DNA from: Pristiophorus japonicus
Lineage: Eukaryota
Reading direction: 5' to 3'
DNA length: 64,000 nucleotides
NCBI RefSeq assembly: GCF_044704955.1
Contig: NC_091980.1
Coordinates: 255,068,001-255,132,000 of the forward strand
Shown: in pieces, positions 38,135-51,607 of the stretch
Layout: every line of letters starts with the position of its first letter
How positions within the stretch are numbered: position 1 is the first letter of the stretch
The notes under the pieces: generated by a model
Database searches by the model: none
Told to the model about the DNA's origin: nothing
What the model saw: the letters and a program-made list of their open reading frames with translations, nothing else
Made by a program: the position numbers and the translations under genes

Positions 38135-38392
38135 GCACTATTTGAAAAGGAGCAAGTGAGGTCTCCTGGTGCCCTGGCTAACATTAATCTCTCAACCAAC
38201 ACCACCAGAGACAAATTAACTGGTCATTCCTCTTATTGCTATTTGTGGGACCTTGTTATGTGTAAATTGGCTGCTGCATTTGCCTACAAAATAAGAGTGA
38301 GCATACTTCAAAAAATAATGAATTCGCTATAAAATACTTTGGGATGTCCTGAGCATGTGAAAAGCACTATAAAATACAAGTTCTTTCTTTCT
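38135..38392 (+). mobile_element. 3' part of a Deu-domain SINE
   Basis: Homologous to 45400-45625. Confidence 0.6.
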
Positions 38393-38404
38393 TCCTACAA
38401 TGTG

Positions 38405-40368
38405 TACAGGACTCGGTTCTCATGCAGTATGCAAGAAGCCCAAGAGAGGATTTGCTATTGGATCTAGTAATGCAGAATGAACCAGATCAGCTAAAAAGAA
38501 GTAAAAGTAAGGGAATAGTGACCATAATATAATACACTAAGATAATAATTGAGAACATAAGCATGACAAAGACCAGGTTAATAGATTGGAGAAAAGCTGA
38601 TTGAGGGGCTGAGAATAGAACTTGAGAAAATAAAATTGACAATATTGGCAAACAATGATGTAGAACAGCAGTGGGAAACATTTAAAAAAGGTGTTCAAGA
38701 GTCTAGAAAAAAATATATTCCACTAAAAAACAAGAATAAACACTAATGAGACACCATGGATGAAAAGACACGTTGGGGGGGGTGGGGGGAGAAAGAGGAA
38801 TAAGGGTAAGGAATGAGACGCACATCAAGTACTTGGACAGCACAGAAGAGCAAAACGAGGGAGAATACAAAGAGATCAGGACAGAAGTCAAAAAGGAACA
38901 ATGAAATAAATTTATCAAGGAACATAAAATAAAATAGCAAAATATTCTACAGGCACAGAAATTTTTTAAAAAAGTTAAGTTAAGTCGGGATGGAAATAGG
39001 GCCACTAAGGGATGAACAGGATAGAATCACAGGCAGCAATAGCGAAATGGCAGAAATATTAAATAATTATTTGGCTTCAGTATTTACCAGAGATGGATCA
39101 GGTGCACAGGACATCGGGAGATGAAATTAGAAATGATATAACCGCATTTAAAATAAAACAAGGAGAAATATTAAATAAACTAATCAAGCGCAAAGAGGAT
39201 AAAATCCCTGGTCCGGACGGATTGCGTCCGCGCATTTTAAAAGAATCTAGGGAAGAGATAGCAGAGGCACTATTAAACCTATTTAGTAACTAGTTAGAAA
39301 AAGGTGCAGATAGTCAATGTTCTACCTATATTTAAGAAGGAAAATAGAACATGTCCAGGGAATTCTAGACCAGTCAGCTGAATGTCGGTGGTAGGAAAAA
39401 TAATGGAATCCTTACTAAAGAATAAAATAGAAAAACATCTAGAAACCAAAAATATAATAATGAGTAGTCAGCATGGATTTCAAAAGGGAAAGTCTTGCTT
39501 GACCAACCTCATTGAATTCTTTGAAGAGGTAACAGACAGTAGACAAGGGTAATTCAGATGATGTAATAAAGCTAGATTTCCAAAGACCTTTGATATGGTA
39601 CCACATAATAGACTACTGAATAAGGTGAGAGCATGTGGAGTCAGGGAACAAGCAGCAGAATGGATAGCGAGCTGGTTGCAAGACAGAAAGCAGAGTGTAG
39701 GGGTTAAGGGTAGCTATTCAGAGTGGCAGAAAGTAAAAAGTGGGGTCCCAAAAGGACCACTGTTGTTCACAATTTATATTAATGATCTAAACCTTGGAAT
39801 CAATTTTTTTTTTCTAAATTTACAGATGACATCAAATTGGACATGGGCGGGGGAGGTGGGGTGTAGTCAATACTGAGGCGGACTGCAACAAATGACAAGA
39901 CGACATTAATAAACTGGGCATATAATTGGCAAATGTATTTCAACATAGATAAGAGTGTGTTAAAATAGAGGTCAAACATTGCTTGGGAAATAAGAATTTA
40001 AATGGGAGAGGAGCAAAGGGAGCTGGGAGTACAAATACACTAATCACTAAAAGTAGCAATAAATGTTAATAAGGCCATAAAAAAGCAAACCAAGGGTTTA
40101 TTTCTAGAGGGATAGAATTGACAAGTGGAGAAGTTATGCTAAACCTGTATCGAACCTTGGTTAAACCACACTTGGGAGTCCTGCGTACAGTTCTGCTCGC
40201 AATATTATAAAAAAAGGATAGAGGCATTGAGGCACCGCAAAAAAGATTTACAAGGATGATACCAGAACTGTGCGGGTAGACCCATCAGAAAAGGATGAAC
40301 AGGCTGGGTCTCTTTTCTCTAATACAGGTTGTTAAAATTATGAAATATATTGATAGAGTAGACGCAGA
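38405..40368 (+). mobile_element. Old, decayed CR1 ORF2 fragment
   Basis: KIPGPDGLRPRILKE, VPHNRLLNKV..W, GPLLFTIYINDL. Confidence 0.85.
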
Positions 40369-41439
40369 GGGGCCGAAACTGCCCCCCTCTATAAGCTCCA
40401 TTACCACCTCTTAAAAGGCGGGACTGGAGCGGAGAGGCCTTACCGACTAGGGTCAGATGGATGGGCCGGCCCGTTCAAAATTGCCCCCCGGGCTGGAAGT
40501 GGCAGGAACGGGTTACCGCACCTTTCCCGCCTTACAACTCCCACGGGAAATTGCCCCGTGTGGAATTGACCCACAGGAGCAGCACCACTGCCGGTTGGTG
40601 CCACTGACAGCTTTCCCCAGCTGTCAGTGACTCCATTTTATTTTTTGTCGGCCAAGGCAACAGTTGAAATTTAAATGCCCCAAGTTCATATATCAAGGCA
40701 ATTACCATCCTACAGTAACCAATATGTAACAAACTGATGTGCCATGCCGCACCACGCTCTCAATCCCCCGCGAAGTCAAAATGGTTTCAGCCTTACTTTT
40801 ATTCTATGTTTAAAAACCAGATGAGCTGTTGAAATATTTCCGGGTGTCAGGGGAGAAAAACTTAAGAAATAATCTGTCAATCATGAATATTAGAAATTTT
40901 GCATCTAGCACATACTCATAGTAAATGTCACAATTACGTCCTGTAACACTATCACACTTTGTCGATGAAACTCCCAACAATCCTTACATTATAGCAAAAA
41001 TGGCGAGTGGTCTCAACATTCCAACAGTATTACACCTACAGGTAGCATGGTAAATATTATGTGACAGGCACCCAAGGGAAGGATTGGAATCCCAACCAAA
41101 CCAGAAAAAAATTGGAAAGATTCATTAAAAAACTGAGGGACATTGTAAAAAAAAAACTAACATTTTAAGGTTGAAACAGATTGTTAAAGTCAATAATAGG
41201 AGCAAGAAGAAAGAAGCACATGGTTAAAAATGGCCTCAAAAGAATTTGATGGTGTTGCCGTATCTTGTCAAGGGAACTAAGCAATACTTCCCAAAGAATA
41301 TAAAGTTCTCGGATATCCACATCATCCACTGGCAAACTTATATTTAACAAAAAAGAGTGAAAGCAAATGCTCATGGACTTGTAATCTACATCATCGAACA
41401 TGAAAGAAAGCAGGGCAGCAGAGTAGGCCATCGGCAAAG

Positions 41440-42030
41440 AGGAATGAAGCTCATTCGCTGCTAAAACCCTCATCCATGCCTTTATTACCTCTGGATTTGA
41501 ATATTCCAATGTTCTACTAGCCAGCCTCCCATCTTCCACCCTACATAAATTTGAGCACATCCAAAATTCTGCTGCCCATATCCTAATTCGCACCAAATCC
41601 CATTCACCCGCCACCCCTGTGCTCATTGACCTATATTGGCTCCCAGTCCTGCAACGCCTCATTTTTAAAAATTCTCTTCCTGGTTTTCAAATCCCACCAT
41701 GGCCTCGCCCCTCCCCATCTCTGTAAGCTCTTCCAGCCCCACTACCCTCAGATCTCTGTGCTCCTCCAATTCCGGCCTCTTGTGCATCCCCAATTTTAAT
41801 CGCTCCACTATTGGCAGCTGTGCTTTTAGGTGGCTATGCCCTAAGCTCTGGAACGCCTTCCCTAAACCGTTCAACCTCTCTCCTGCTTTAAGATGCTCCG
41901 TAAAACCTATTTCGTCTGTCCAAATCTCTCATGTGACTCGGTGTCAAATGTTGTTTGACAACATTCCTGTGAAGCACCTTGCATCATTTTACTATGTTAA
42001 AGATGCTATATAAATGCAAGCTGGTTCTAT
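41440..42030 (+). mobile_element. L2-like 3' fragment
   Basis: Same family and tail as 7755-8200. Confidence 0.82.
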
Positions 42031-42499
42031 TGTTATTGAAGCTTTCATGCCCGCTGAAATAGGAAGTGCTGCAAACCAATCACCAGCACCCCACACCAAA
42101 ATTAAAACTGATGTCTCCCATGACTCCGTTCCCCCATTGGTCAGCAGGGTACGCCCACTAAAAGTAAATTCGACAATAAATATGTCCCCATTCTCTCAAG
42201 AGCCTAAAATTAGCAACCGATAGATCCTCAATCACCTCCCCATGTGACTAATATCAGCGGCTGCCATGTCCCTTTCTCCCTCCCAACTCAGGCATAAATA
42301 AAACCCCATGCCAATGCAGGAATTGAACTCTGACCACCCCTTGGCAGAGACATAAATCGTAGGCAAACCCCCCCCCCCAAAAAAAAGTTCATGCACACAT
42401 ATGATCCTGCCTGACAAAACAGGAATTGGACGCTGCATCCCCTGGCCAGCTGAAGCAAATTTCAAACTCGCATGCCCCACTCCTGCTGAAGTATACTCC

Positions 42500-42845
42500 T
42501 TGTCTCTTCATCTTTTCTCTCCCCATCCCTTTCTTCTTCTCTGTTCGACCACTCCCTCATCTACCGAGACACAAAGCAGCCCATCACCTACCCCACCACT
42601 CAGTCAAGTTCAAGCTCAGACCACCCCACCCCAATCCTGCTCAGGCTTTCCCCACCTTCCCTTGGCTCCTCTCTTCCGCCTCACCACCACCATTGCTCTC
42701 TCCACTATTCCACCACCCCACATCACCACCCTTCCTCTCCCCCAGCTCACACCTATCTGCCCTCCTCTCTTCCTCCTTCTTCCCTCCCCTCCTCTTATCC
42801 TTTCCACCCTTCTCATTCCCCTCCTCCACATTCCTCCCTCCAGCT
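42500..42845 (+). repeat. Low-complexity polypyrimidine (C/T-rich) tract
   Basis: Direct reading. Confidence 0.7.
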
Positions 42846-42869
42846 GCGGTGGCGACAAGAAATAAGCTA

Positions 42870-43570
42870 GTGGAATGTGAGGCAGTGGAGGAGTATCTCC
42901 AGCGAATTAAAAAAACAAAAAAACAAGGTGATGTCACAGGACAGCAGGTAGGTAATTGATTTTTTTTGTGTTAGCTAGGACAGTGGTTTAAACTAGGAAC
43001 AGGAAACTATAAACATACTTTATTAAACTGAAAACAAAACTACATAAACTAATTAATATAACTAGAAATAAATCACTGAATAAAGATTTTAACTAAGATA
43101 TGGCAGGGTAGGTTATGTGTCTGGATTGCAGTATGTGGGTGTTTGTGAACAATTAAACTCCCGAGCGAACATGTCTGCAGTAAATGTCTCCATCTCGAAT
43201 CACTCCTGCACAGAGCCATTGAGCTGGAATGCGAGTTGGAAACACTGACACATAAGGGAGGGCAAGAGTATCTGGACTGTTCGCTCCAAACTTGGGTCAC
43301 ACCTAGTAGAGAGGTGCAGGTTGAGAACGGAGTTGGTGTGACCGATAGTGTGCAGAGTAAAAGGAATCCCGGTAAGAAAGGGAACGAGTATCCAAACTGA
43401 TTCTATTCAACAGATACAATGTATCTGCTGAGGATAAGGATAAAGAAGGACAGCCAGAATGCGGATCATAGCATTTTGGAGCAGGAGGCTGTCCTAAGGG
43501 GGAGGAGGAGAGGAAGCATAATGTGGTAGTTGTAGGGGATTCTATAATAAAAAAGGGACAGATAGCATTT
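42870..43570 (+). mobile_element. CR1 5' fragment (5' UTR, ORF1 zinc finger, esterase start)
   Basis: VMCLDCSMW..., NVVVVGDSII; TGATGTCA plus donor motif as in the other CR1 5' UTRs. Confidence 0.7.
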
Positions 43571-43712
43571 TAAGAAAAGCTATGCATCATATTGAAGACT
43601 CATGAAATACTTAGAATATTTTGAAAAGATGGGTTAAGTAAATTTTAGGTCCAATCTAGATTTAAAATCAGTATCTAAATTTAACCAAGCTACATTTGCC
43701 AAAACCTTATAC

Positions 43713-43844
43713 CTCTTTTAGTCTTGCTTTCCTCTTCATGACTTGGTCTTGATGATAAGTATTATTGTGGTGTTTCGGAGGGCGCCCGCGCCGTACAGTT
43801 CGCCGGCGTCCATGGAAATGTCGTGCTAACGTAACTTTTTCAGT
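43713..43844 (-). CDS. ZNF839: ZNF839 coding exon 3 (basic, AT-hook-like)
   Basis: TEKVTLARHFHGRRRTVRRGRPPKHHNNTYHQDQVMKRKARLKE; 132 nt, phase 0-0; cttatag and GTATAA sites; absent from the ORF track. Confidence 0.85.
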
Positions 43845-44009
43845 CTATAAGAAAAATAAAACTTGCATGTTTAACATCTATTTACCTAAAATCAAGTGAT
43901 TTCCAATATAGGCATGGCTAACACACAATACTAAATAAAGTATAGCATTGCTTTAGGGTACAAAAGGCAAAGAGATAAAGCATAGAGAATGAAATGGTTT
44001 GCCAATAAA

Positions 44010-44580
44010 TAGAAACATAGAAATTTACAGCGCAGAAGGAGGCCATTTCGGTCCATCATGTCCACGCTAGCCGACAAAGAGCCGCACAGCCCTTGGTCAG
44101 CAACTGAAGGCTACATATAAACCTACGAACAATGAACAATGGCAGGAGGGCAAAAAGCATCTGGCCCAACCAGTCTGCCTCACACAACTGTGACACCCCT
44201 TATACTGAAACCTTCTACACTCCACCTCAACCGGAGCCATGTGATCTCATGGGAGAGGCAAAAACCTGAAAAACCCAGGCCAATTCAGGAAGAAAAAAAA
44301 TCTGGGAAAATTACTCTCCAGCCCATCTAGACGATCAAAACTAATCCAGGAGATCAACCTGGCTGTGTCCGATTCCCTGCAGTACTTATCATATCTGCGC
44401 CGGCCAACAAAAGGTTATCTAGTCTAATCCCAATTACCTGCTCTAGGTCCGTAACCCTGCAGGTTACAGCACTTTAAGTGCCCAGCCAACCATCTCTTAA
44501 AAGTGGTGAGGGTTTCTGCATCCACCACTCTTCCAGGCAGCGAGTTCCAGATCCCCACAACCCTCTGTGTAAAGAAACAC
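44010..44580 (-). mobile_element. CR1-type 3' end with long 3' UTR
   Basis: Tail TTTCTATGTTTCT; FTQRVVGIWNSLP at the distal end. Confidence 0.7.
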
Positions 44581-45221
44581 CACCCCCCCCCCCCTCAAAT
44601 CCCCTCAACCTTCCATCAACCCCCACCTTGTTATAATTGGGTCAGTAAATAAAAAAATTGAATATATTTATAAAAGTCAATCAGTCCAAAGATAAAAGCA
44701 AAATACATGTAAATCAATGCAGGATGCAGAACACTCCTCCTCCAAGAGTGCCAAATACAGAATATATTCTACATTGGATTAACCTACGCAACACATACCC
44801 ATGAGATTTGCACGACATTCAATCCTTCTCACAAAACAGTGGAATTCCATATTCAACAACTCATCAAGCAATCTTTGAATTAAATCTAACAGTAAATTAA
44901 ACTCAAAAATATTGGGGGGCAATGAAGAACATTATAGCCAAATCACAATAAATCATACTGGAAAATACAACAAAAGTTGACAATGTATTTCGGCCTCGTA
45001 ACAGTAGCAACTTAATATACATGCACGAGTATAACTTTTCTTTCGCGCTTCCTTTTTAAAGAAAATAACTTTTGAATTGACAAAGAAAAGCAAGTTAATA
45101 ACAAGTAGTGTAAACCCAGGTAAAAGGAGAGATTAAATGTTGATTATTTGTAAACCAATCACAATGTCAGTTTTGTTTTGCATTGAAAACTACTTAGTCA
45201 GGTTTTTATATCAATAAATAG

Positions 45222-45626
45222 AGGTCAGCTGTAGCTCAGTTGGTAGCACCCTCACCTCTGAATCAGGTGGTCAAGCTTCGTCCAGGGAATGCAGCACAGA
45301 CATCTCGGTTGACACGCCAGTGCAATGCCGAGTGCTGCATGGTCAGAGGTGCCGCATTTCAGAGGAGACGTTAAATCAAGGCAGATGCAAAAGATCTTAT
45401 GGCACTATTTCGAAGAGCAGGGGAATTATCCCCGGTGTCCTGGCCAATATTTAGCCCTCAATCAACATCACAAACAGATTAGCTGGTCATCATCACACTG
45501 CTGTTTGTGGGAGCTTGCTGTGCTGCTGCATTTCCTACATTATAACAGGGCCTACACTTCAAAAGGTATTCATCGGCTGTAAAGCACTTTGGGACATCTG
45601 GTGGTCATGAAAGATGTTATATAAAT
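45222..45626 (+). mobile_element. tRNA-derived Deu-domain SINE (SacSINE1-like) with L2-type tail
   Basis: A-box-like TAGCTCAGTTGG head, Deu-like body, tail GTAAAGCACTTTGGGAC..TATATAAAT; family name from memory. Confidence 0.7.
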
Positions 45627-45644
45627 TAGTCTTTTGTTGCGTCA

Positions 45645-45950
45645 TCCAACAACTTATATTTATGTAGCACCTTTAATGCAGAAAAAAATGTCGCAAGGAG
45701 AAAAATGAGGGAGAGGTGGATTTTAAAGGAGGGTTTTAAAGGAGAAGGGAGGGAATTACAGAGAATAGGGCCGAGGTGGCTAAAAGCATGGGTACCAGTG
45801 GTAGTGAAAGCTTTGGGGGGGGGGGGGGGAGAAGGGGGGGCAGAAAAGAGGTGAAGGTGGCAGGGGAATGGAGAAGAAGCCAGAGTCAAAGGAACATAGT
45901 TTAGCGAGCCAAGCCTATTAAGGGATTTAAAAACAAGGACGAGAGTTTTA
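45645..45950 (-). mobile_element. Short L2-tailed fragment
   Basis: CAACAACTTATATTTATGTAGCACCTTTAA tail. Confidence 0.6.
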
Positions 45951-45953
45951 GTA

Positions 45954-46901
45954 CATAATAGGAGCAGGAGTAGGCCATTTGGCCCCTCTAGCTTGCTCTG
46001 CCATTCAATAAGATCATGGCTGATCTGATCATGGACTCGGCTCCACTTCCCTGCCCGCTCCCCAAAACCCTTATCACTCAAAAATCTGTCTACCTCCACC
46101 TTAAATATATTCAATGACCCAGCCTCCACAGCTCTCTGGGGCAGAGAATTTCATAGATTTACAACCCTCCGAGAGAAGAAATTTCTCATCTCAGTTTTAA
46201 ATGGGCAGCATCTCATTCGATGTCTGCTAGTTTTAGTTTCACGTGAGTGGAAATAACCTCTCTGCATCCACCTTTTCGAGCCCCTTCATTATCTTATTAA
46301 GTTCCAATAAGATCACCTCATTCTTCTGAACTCCAATGTGTATAGACCCAACCTATCCTCATAAGTCAACCCCCTCATCTCCAGAATCAACCGAATGAAC
46401 TTCTAACAGCCTCCAATGCAAGAATATCCATCCTTAAATACGGAGACCAAAACTGTACATAGTACTCGAGGTGTGGCCTCACCAATATCCTGTACTGTTA
46501 CAGCAGGACTTCTCTGCTTTTATACTCTATCCCCCTTGCAATAAAGACCAACATTCCATTTGTCTTCCTGATTACTTGCTGTACCTGCAGACTAACTTTT
46601 TGTGTTTCATGCGCAAGGACTCCCAGGTCCCTCTGTACTGCAGCACTTGGCAATTCTTCTCCATTTAAAATTACAATTTGCTTTTCTATTATTTCTGCCA
46701 AAGTGGATAACCTTACATTTTCCCACATTATACACCATCTGCCAAATTTTTGCCCACTCACTTAGCCTGTCGATATCCCTTTGCAGATTGTGTGTCCTCC
46801 TCACAATTTGCTTTCCCACCCGTCTTTGTATCATCAGCAAGCTTGGCTACATTACATTCAGTCCCTTCATTCAAGTCATTAATATAGATTGTAAATAATT
46901 G
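45954..46901 (-). mobile_element. Outer CR1, 3' part (interrupted by nested CR1)
   Basis: Same family as 1317-2300; breaks at QLFTIYINDL. Confidence 0.88.
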
Positions 46902-49900
46902 ACAGAGAAACATAGAAAATAGATGCAGGATTAGGCCATTCAGCCCTTCGAGCCTGCACCGCCATTCAATGAGTTCATGGTTGAACATGCAACTTCAGTA
47001 CCCCATTCCTGCTTTCACGCCATACCCCTTGATCGCCCTAGTAGTAAGGACTACATCTAACTCCTTTTCGAATATATTTAGTGAATTGGCCTCGACAATT
47101 TTCTGTGGTAGAGAATTCCACAGGTTCACCAATCCCTGGGTGAAGAAGTTTCTCCTCATCTCAGTCTTAAATGGCTTACCCCTTATCCTTAGACTGTGAC
47201 CCCTTGTTCTGGACTTCCCCAACATTGGGAACATTCTTCCTGCATCTAACCTGTCTAAACCTGTCAGAATTTTAAACGTTTCTATGAGATCCCCTCATTC
47301 TTCTGAACTCCAGTGAATACAAGCCCAGTTGATCCAGTCTTTCTTGATAGGTCAGTCCCGCCATCCCGGGAATCAGTCTGGTGAACTTTCGCTGCACTCC
47401 CTCAATAGCAAGAGTGTCCTTCCTCAAATTAGGAGACCAAAACTGTACACAATACTCCAGGTGTGGCCTCACCAAGGCCCTGTACAACTGTAGTAACACA
47501 TCCCTGCCCCTGTACTCAAATCCCCTCGCTATGAAGGACAACATGCCATTTGCCTTCTTAACCGCCTGCTGTACCTGCATGCCAACCTTCAATGACTGAT
47601 GTACCATGACACCCAGGTCTCGTTGCACCTCCCCTTTTCCTAATCTGTCTTCATTCAGATAATAGTCTGTCTCTCTGTTTTTACAACCAAAGTGGATAAC
47701 CTCACATTTATCCACATTATACTTCATCTGCCATGCATTTGCCCACTCACCTAACCTATCCAAGTCACTCTGCAGCCTCATAGCATCCTCCTCGCAGCTC
47801 ACACTGCCACCCAACTCATCCGCAAATTTGGAGACTACATTTAATCCCCTCGTCTAAATCATTAATGTACAATGTAAACAGCTGGGGCACCAGCACAGAA
47901 CCTTGCGTTACCCCACTAGTCACTGCCTGCCATTCTGAAAAGTACCCATTTACTCCTACTCTTTGCTTCCTGTCTGACAACCAATTCTCAATCCACGTCA
48001 GCAAACTACCCCCAATCCCATGTGCTTTAACTTTGCACATTAATCTCTTGTGTGGGACCTTGTCGAAAGCCTTCTGAAAGTCCAAATACACCACATCAAC
48101 TGGTTCTCCCTTGTCCACTCTACTGGAAACATCCTCAAAAAATTCCAGAAGATTTGTCAAGCATGATTTCCCTTTCACAAATCCATGCTGACTTGGACCT
48201 ATCACGTCATCTCTTTCCAAATGCGTTGCTATGACATCCTTAATAATTGATTCCATCATTTTACCCACTACCGATGTCAGGCTGACCGGTCTATAGTTCC
48301 CTGTTTTCTCTCTCCCTCCTTTTTTTTTTAAAAAGTGCGGTTACATTGGCTACCCTCCACTCCAAAGGAACTGATCCAAAGTCTATGGAATGTTGGAAAA
48401 TGACTGTCAATGCATCCGCTATTTCCAAGGCCACCTCCTTAAGTACTCTGGGATGCAGACCATCAGGCCCTGGGGATTTATCGGCCTTCAATACCATCAA
48501 TTTCCCCAACACAATTTCCCGACTAATAAGGACTTCCCTCAGTTCCTCCTACTTACTAGACCCTCTGACCCCTTTTATATCCAGAAAGTTGATTGTGTCC
48601 TCCTCAGTGAATACCGAACCAAAGTACTTGTTCAATTGGTCTGCCATTTCTTTGTTCCCAGTTATGACTTCCCCTAATTCTGACTGCTGGGGACCTACGT
48701 TTGTCTTTACTAACTTTTTTCTCTTTACATATCTATAGAAGCTTTTGCAGTCCATTTTAATGTTCCCTGCAAGCTTCCTCTCGTACTCTATTTTCCCTGA
48801 CCTAATCAAACCCTTTGTCCTTCTCTGCTGGGTTCTAAATTTCTCCCAGTCCCCAGGTTCGCTGCTATTTCTGGCCAATTTGTATGCCACTTTCTTGGCT
48901 TTAATACTATCCCTGATTTCCCTTGATAGCCACGGTTGAGCCACCTTCCCTTTTTTATTTTTAGGCCAGACAGGGGTGTACAACTGTTGTAGTTCATCCA
49001 TGCGGTCTAAATGTCTGCCATTGCCCATCCACAGTCAACCCCTTAAGTATCATTCGCCAATCTATCCTAGCCAATTCACACCTCATACCTTCAAAGTTAC
49101 TCTTCTTTAAGTTCTGGACCATGGTCTCTGAATTAACTGTTTCATTCTCCATCCTAATGTAGAATTCCACCATATTATGGTCACTCTTCCCCAAGGAGTC
49201 TCGGACAACAAGATTGCTAATTAATCCTCTCTCATTACACAACACCCAGTCTAAGATGGCCTCCCCCCTAGTTGGTTCCTCGACATATTGGTCTAGAAAA
49301 CCATCCCCTATGCACTCCAGGAAATCCTCCTCCACCGTATTGTTTCCAGTTTGGTTAGCCTAATCTATATGCATATTAAAGTCACCCATGATAACTGCTG
49401 CACCTTTATTGCATGCACCCCTAATTTCCTGTTTGATGCCCTCCCCAACATCAGTACTACTGTTTGGAGGTCTGTACACAACTCCCACTAGCGTTTTCTG
49501 CCCTTTGGTATTCCGTAGCTCCACCCATACCGATTCCACATCATCCAAGCTAATGTCTTTCCTTACAATTGCATTAATTTCCTCTTTAACCAGCAATGCC
49601 ACCCCGCCTCCTTTTCCTTTCTGTCTATCTTTCCTAAATGTTGAATACCCTTGGATGTTGAGTTCCCAGCCATGGTCACCCTGAAGCCATGTCTCCGTGA
49701 TGCCAACCACATCATATCCGTTAACTGCTATCTGCACAGTTAATTCGTCCACCTTATTCCGAATACTCCTCGCATTGAGGCACAGAGACTTCAGGCTTGC
49801 CTTTTTAATACACTTTGACCTTTAGAATTTTGCCGTAAAGTGGCCCTTTTTGTTTTTTGCCTTGGGTTTCTCTGCCCTCCCCTTTTACTCATCTCCTTTC

Positions 49901-51107
49901 TGTCTTTTGCTTCTGTCTCCATTTTGCTTCCCTCTGTCTCTCTGCATTGGTTCTCATCCCCCTGCCGTATTAGTTTAACTCCTCCCCAACAGCATTAGCA
50001 AGCACTCCCCCGAGGACATTGGTTCCGGTCCTGCCTAGGGGCAGACCATCCGGTTTGTACTGGTCCCACCTCACCTAGGAATTTGAATCCCTCTCTTCTG
50101 CACCATTGCTCAAGCCACGTATTCATCTGAGCTATCCTGCGATTCCTACTCTGACTAGCACGTGGCATTGGTAGCAATCCCGAGATTACTACTTTTGAGG
50201 TCCTACTTTTTAAATTTAGCTCCTAGCTCCTTAAATTCGTCTCTTAGGACCTCATCCCGTTTTTTACCTATATCGTTGGCACCAATGTGCACCACGACAA
50301 CTGGTTGTTCACCCTCCCTTTTCAGAATGTCCTGCACCCGCTCCGAGACATCCTTGACCCTTGCACCAGGGAGGCAAAATACCATCCTGGAGTCTCAGTT
50401 GCGGCCGCAGAAATGCCTATCTATTCCCCTTACAATTGAATCCCCTATCACTATCTCACTCTTTTTCCTGCCCTCCTGTGCAGCAGAGCCAGCCACGGTG
50501 CCATGAACTTGGCTGCTGCTGCCCTCCCCTGATGAGTCATCCCCCCCAACAGTACTCAAAGCGGTGTATCTGTTTTGCAGGGGGATTACCGCAGGGGACC
50601 CCTGCACTACCCTTCCTTGCACTGCTCTTCCTTTGGACTTCCATTCCCTATCTGGCTGTGGACCCTTTAACTGCGGTAAGACCAACTCGCTACACGTGCT
50701 AATCATGTCATTCGCAGCATCGTGGATGCTCCAGAGTGAATCCACCCTCAACTTCAATTCCGCAACGCGGTCCGTCAGGAACTGGAGGCAGATACACTTC
50801 CCGCACACGTAGTCGTCAGGGACACCGGAAGTGTTCCTGAGTTCCCACATGGTACAGGAGGAGCATATCACGTGTCCGAGCTCTCCTGCCATGACTTAAC
50901 CCTTAGAAGCACTTAATTTGGCGAAAACAATGTTAACAGGTTACTTACTGATATAAAAAAAGAAAAAGAAAAGCTGCTCACCAATCACTTACCCCTGTGA
51001 CGTCACCTTTTGATTTCTTTCTACTTCTTTCTTGCTTTTTCTCCCGGCTGGAGCTGCACCAGCATGCCTTTCGTTGGCCTCACCAACGCCACGAACTCCC
51101 GCCTCTG
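46902..51107 (-). mobile_element. Full-length nested CR1 LINE (frameshifted)
   Basis: ORF1 from 50892 MAGELGHVICSSCTMWE..CGKC, GDSIVRG; ORF2 GITETWL, MGDFN, LDFQKAFDKV; tail TTTTCTATGTTTCT. Confidence 0.95.
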
Positions 51108-51607
51108 ACCCAGCACCAATGACACCCCACTAGTCACTGATTGCCAACCGGAAAATTACTCATTTGTCCCAACTCTCTGTTTTCTGTTAGTTAGCCAATC
51201 CTCAATCCTTGCTAATATATTACCCCCAACCCAGTGAGCTTTTATCTTGTGCAGTAACCTCTTATGTGGCACCTTAACGAATGCCTTCTAGAAATCCAAA
51301 TACACCACATCCACTGGTTCCCCCTTATCCACCCTGCTCGTTACATCAAAAAACTCCAGCAAATTTGTCAAACATGATTTCCCTTTCATAAAGCCATGCT
51401 GACTCTGATTGATTGAAGCTACTGCTTCCTTAATAATGGACTCCAGCATTTTCCCAATGTCAGATGTTAGGTTAACTGGTCTATAGTTTCCTGCTTTTTG
51501 TCTGCCTCCTTTTTTAAATAGGAGAGTTACATTTGCGGTTTTCCAATCCGTTGGGACCGCCCCAGAATCCAGGGAATTTTGGTAGATTACAACCAATGTA
51601 TCCACTA
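51108..51607 (-). mobile_element. Outer CR1, upstream RT part
   Basis: GNYRPVNLTS..QHGFMKGKSCLTNL..VDVVYLDF; continues 45954-46901. Confidence 0.88.

Noticed and set aside
42401-42959. Overlapping Pro/Ser- or Gly/Arg-rich ORFs
   Set aside because: Artefacts of the polypyrimidine tract
45222-45300. tRNA-like sequence
   Set aside because: A-box only with a degenerate T-arm; it is the head of a SINE
46902-51107. Potentially active LINE
   Set aside because: ORF1 and ORF2 are both broken by frameshifts and stops
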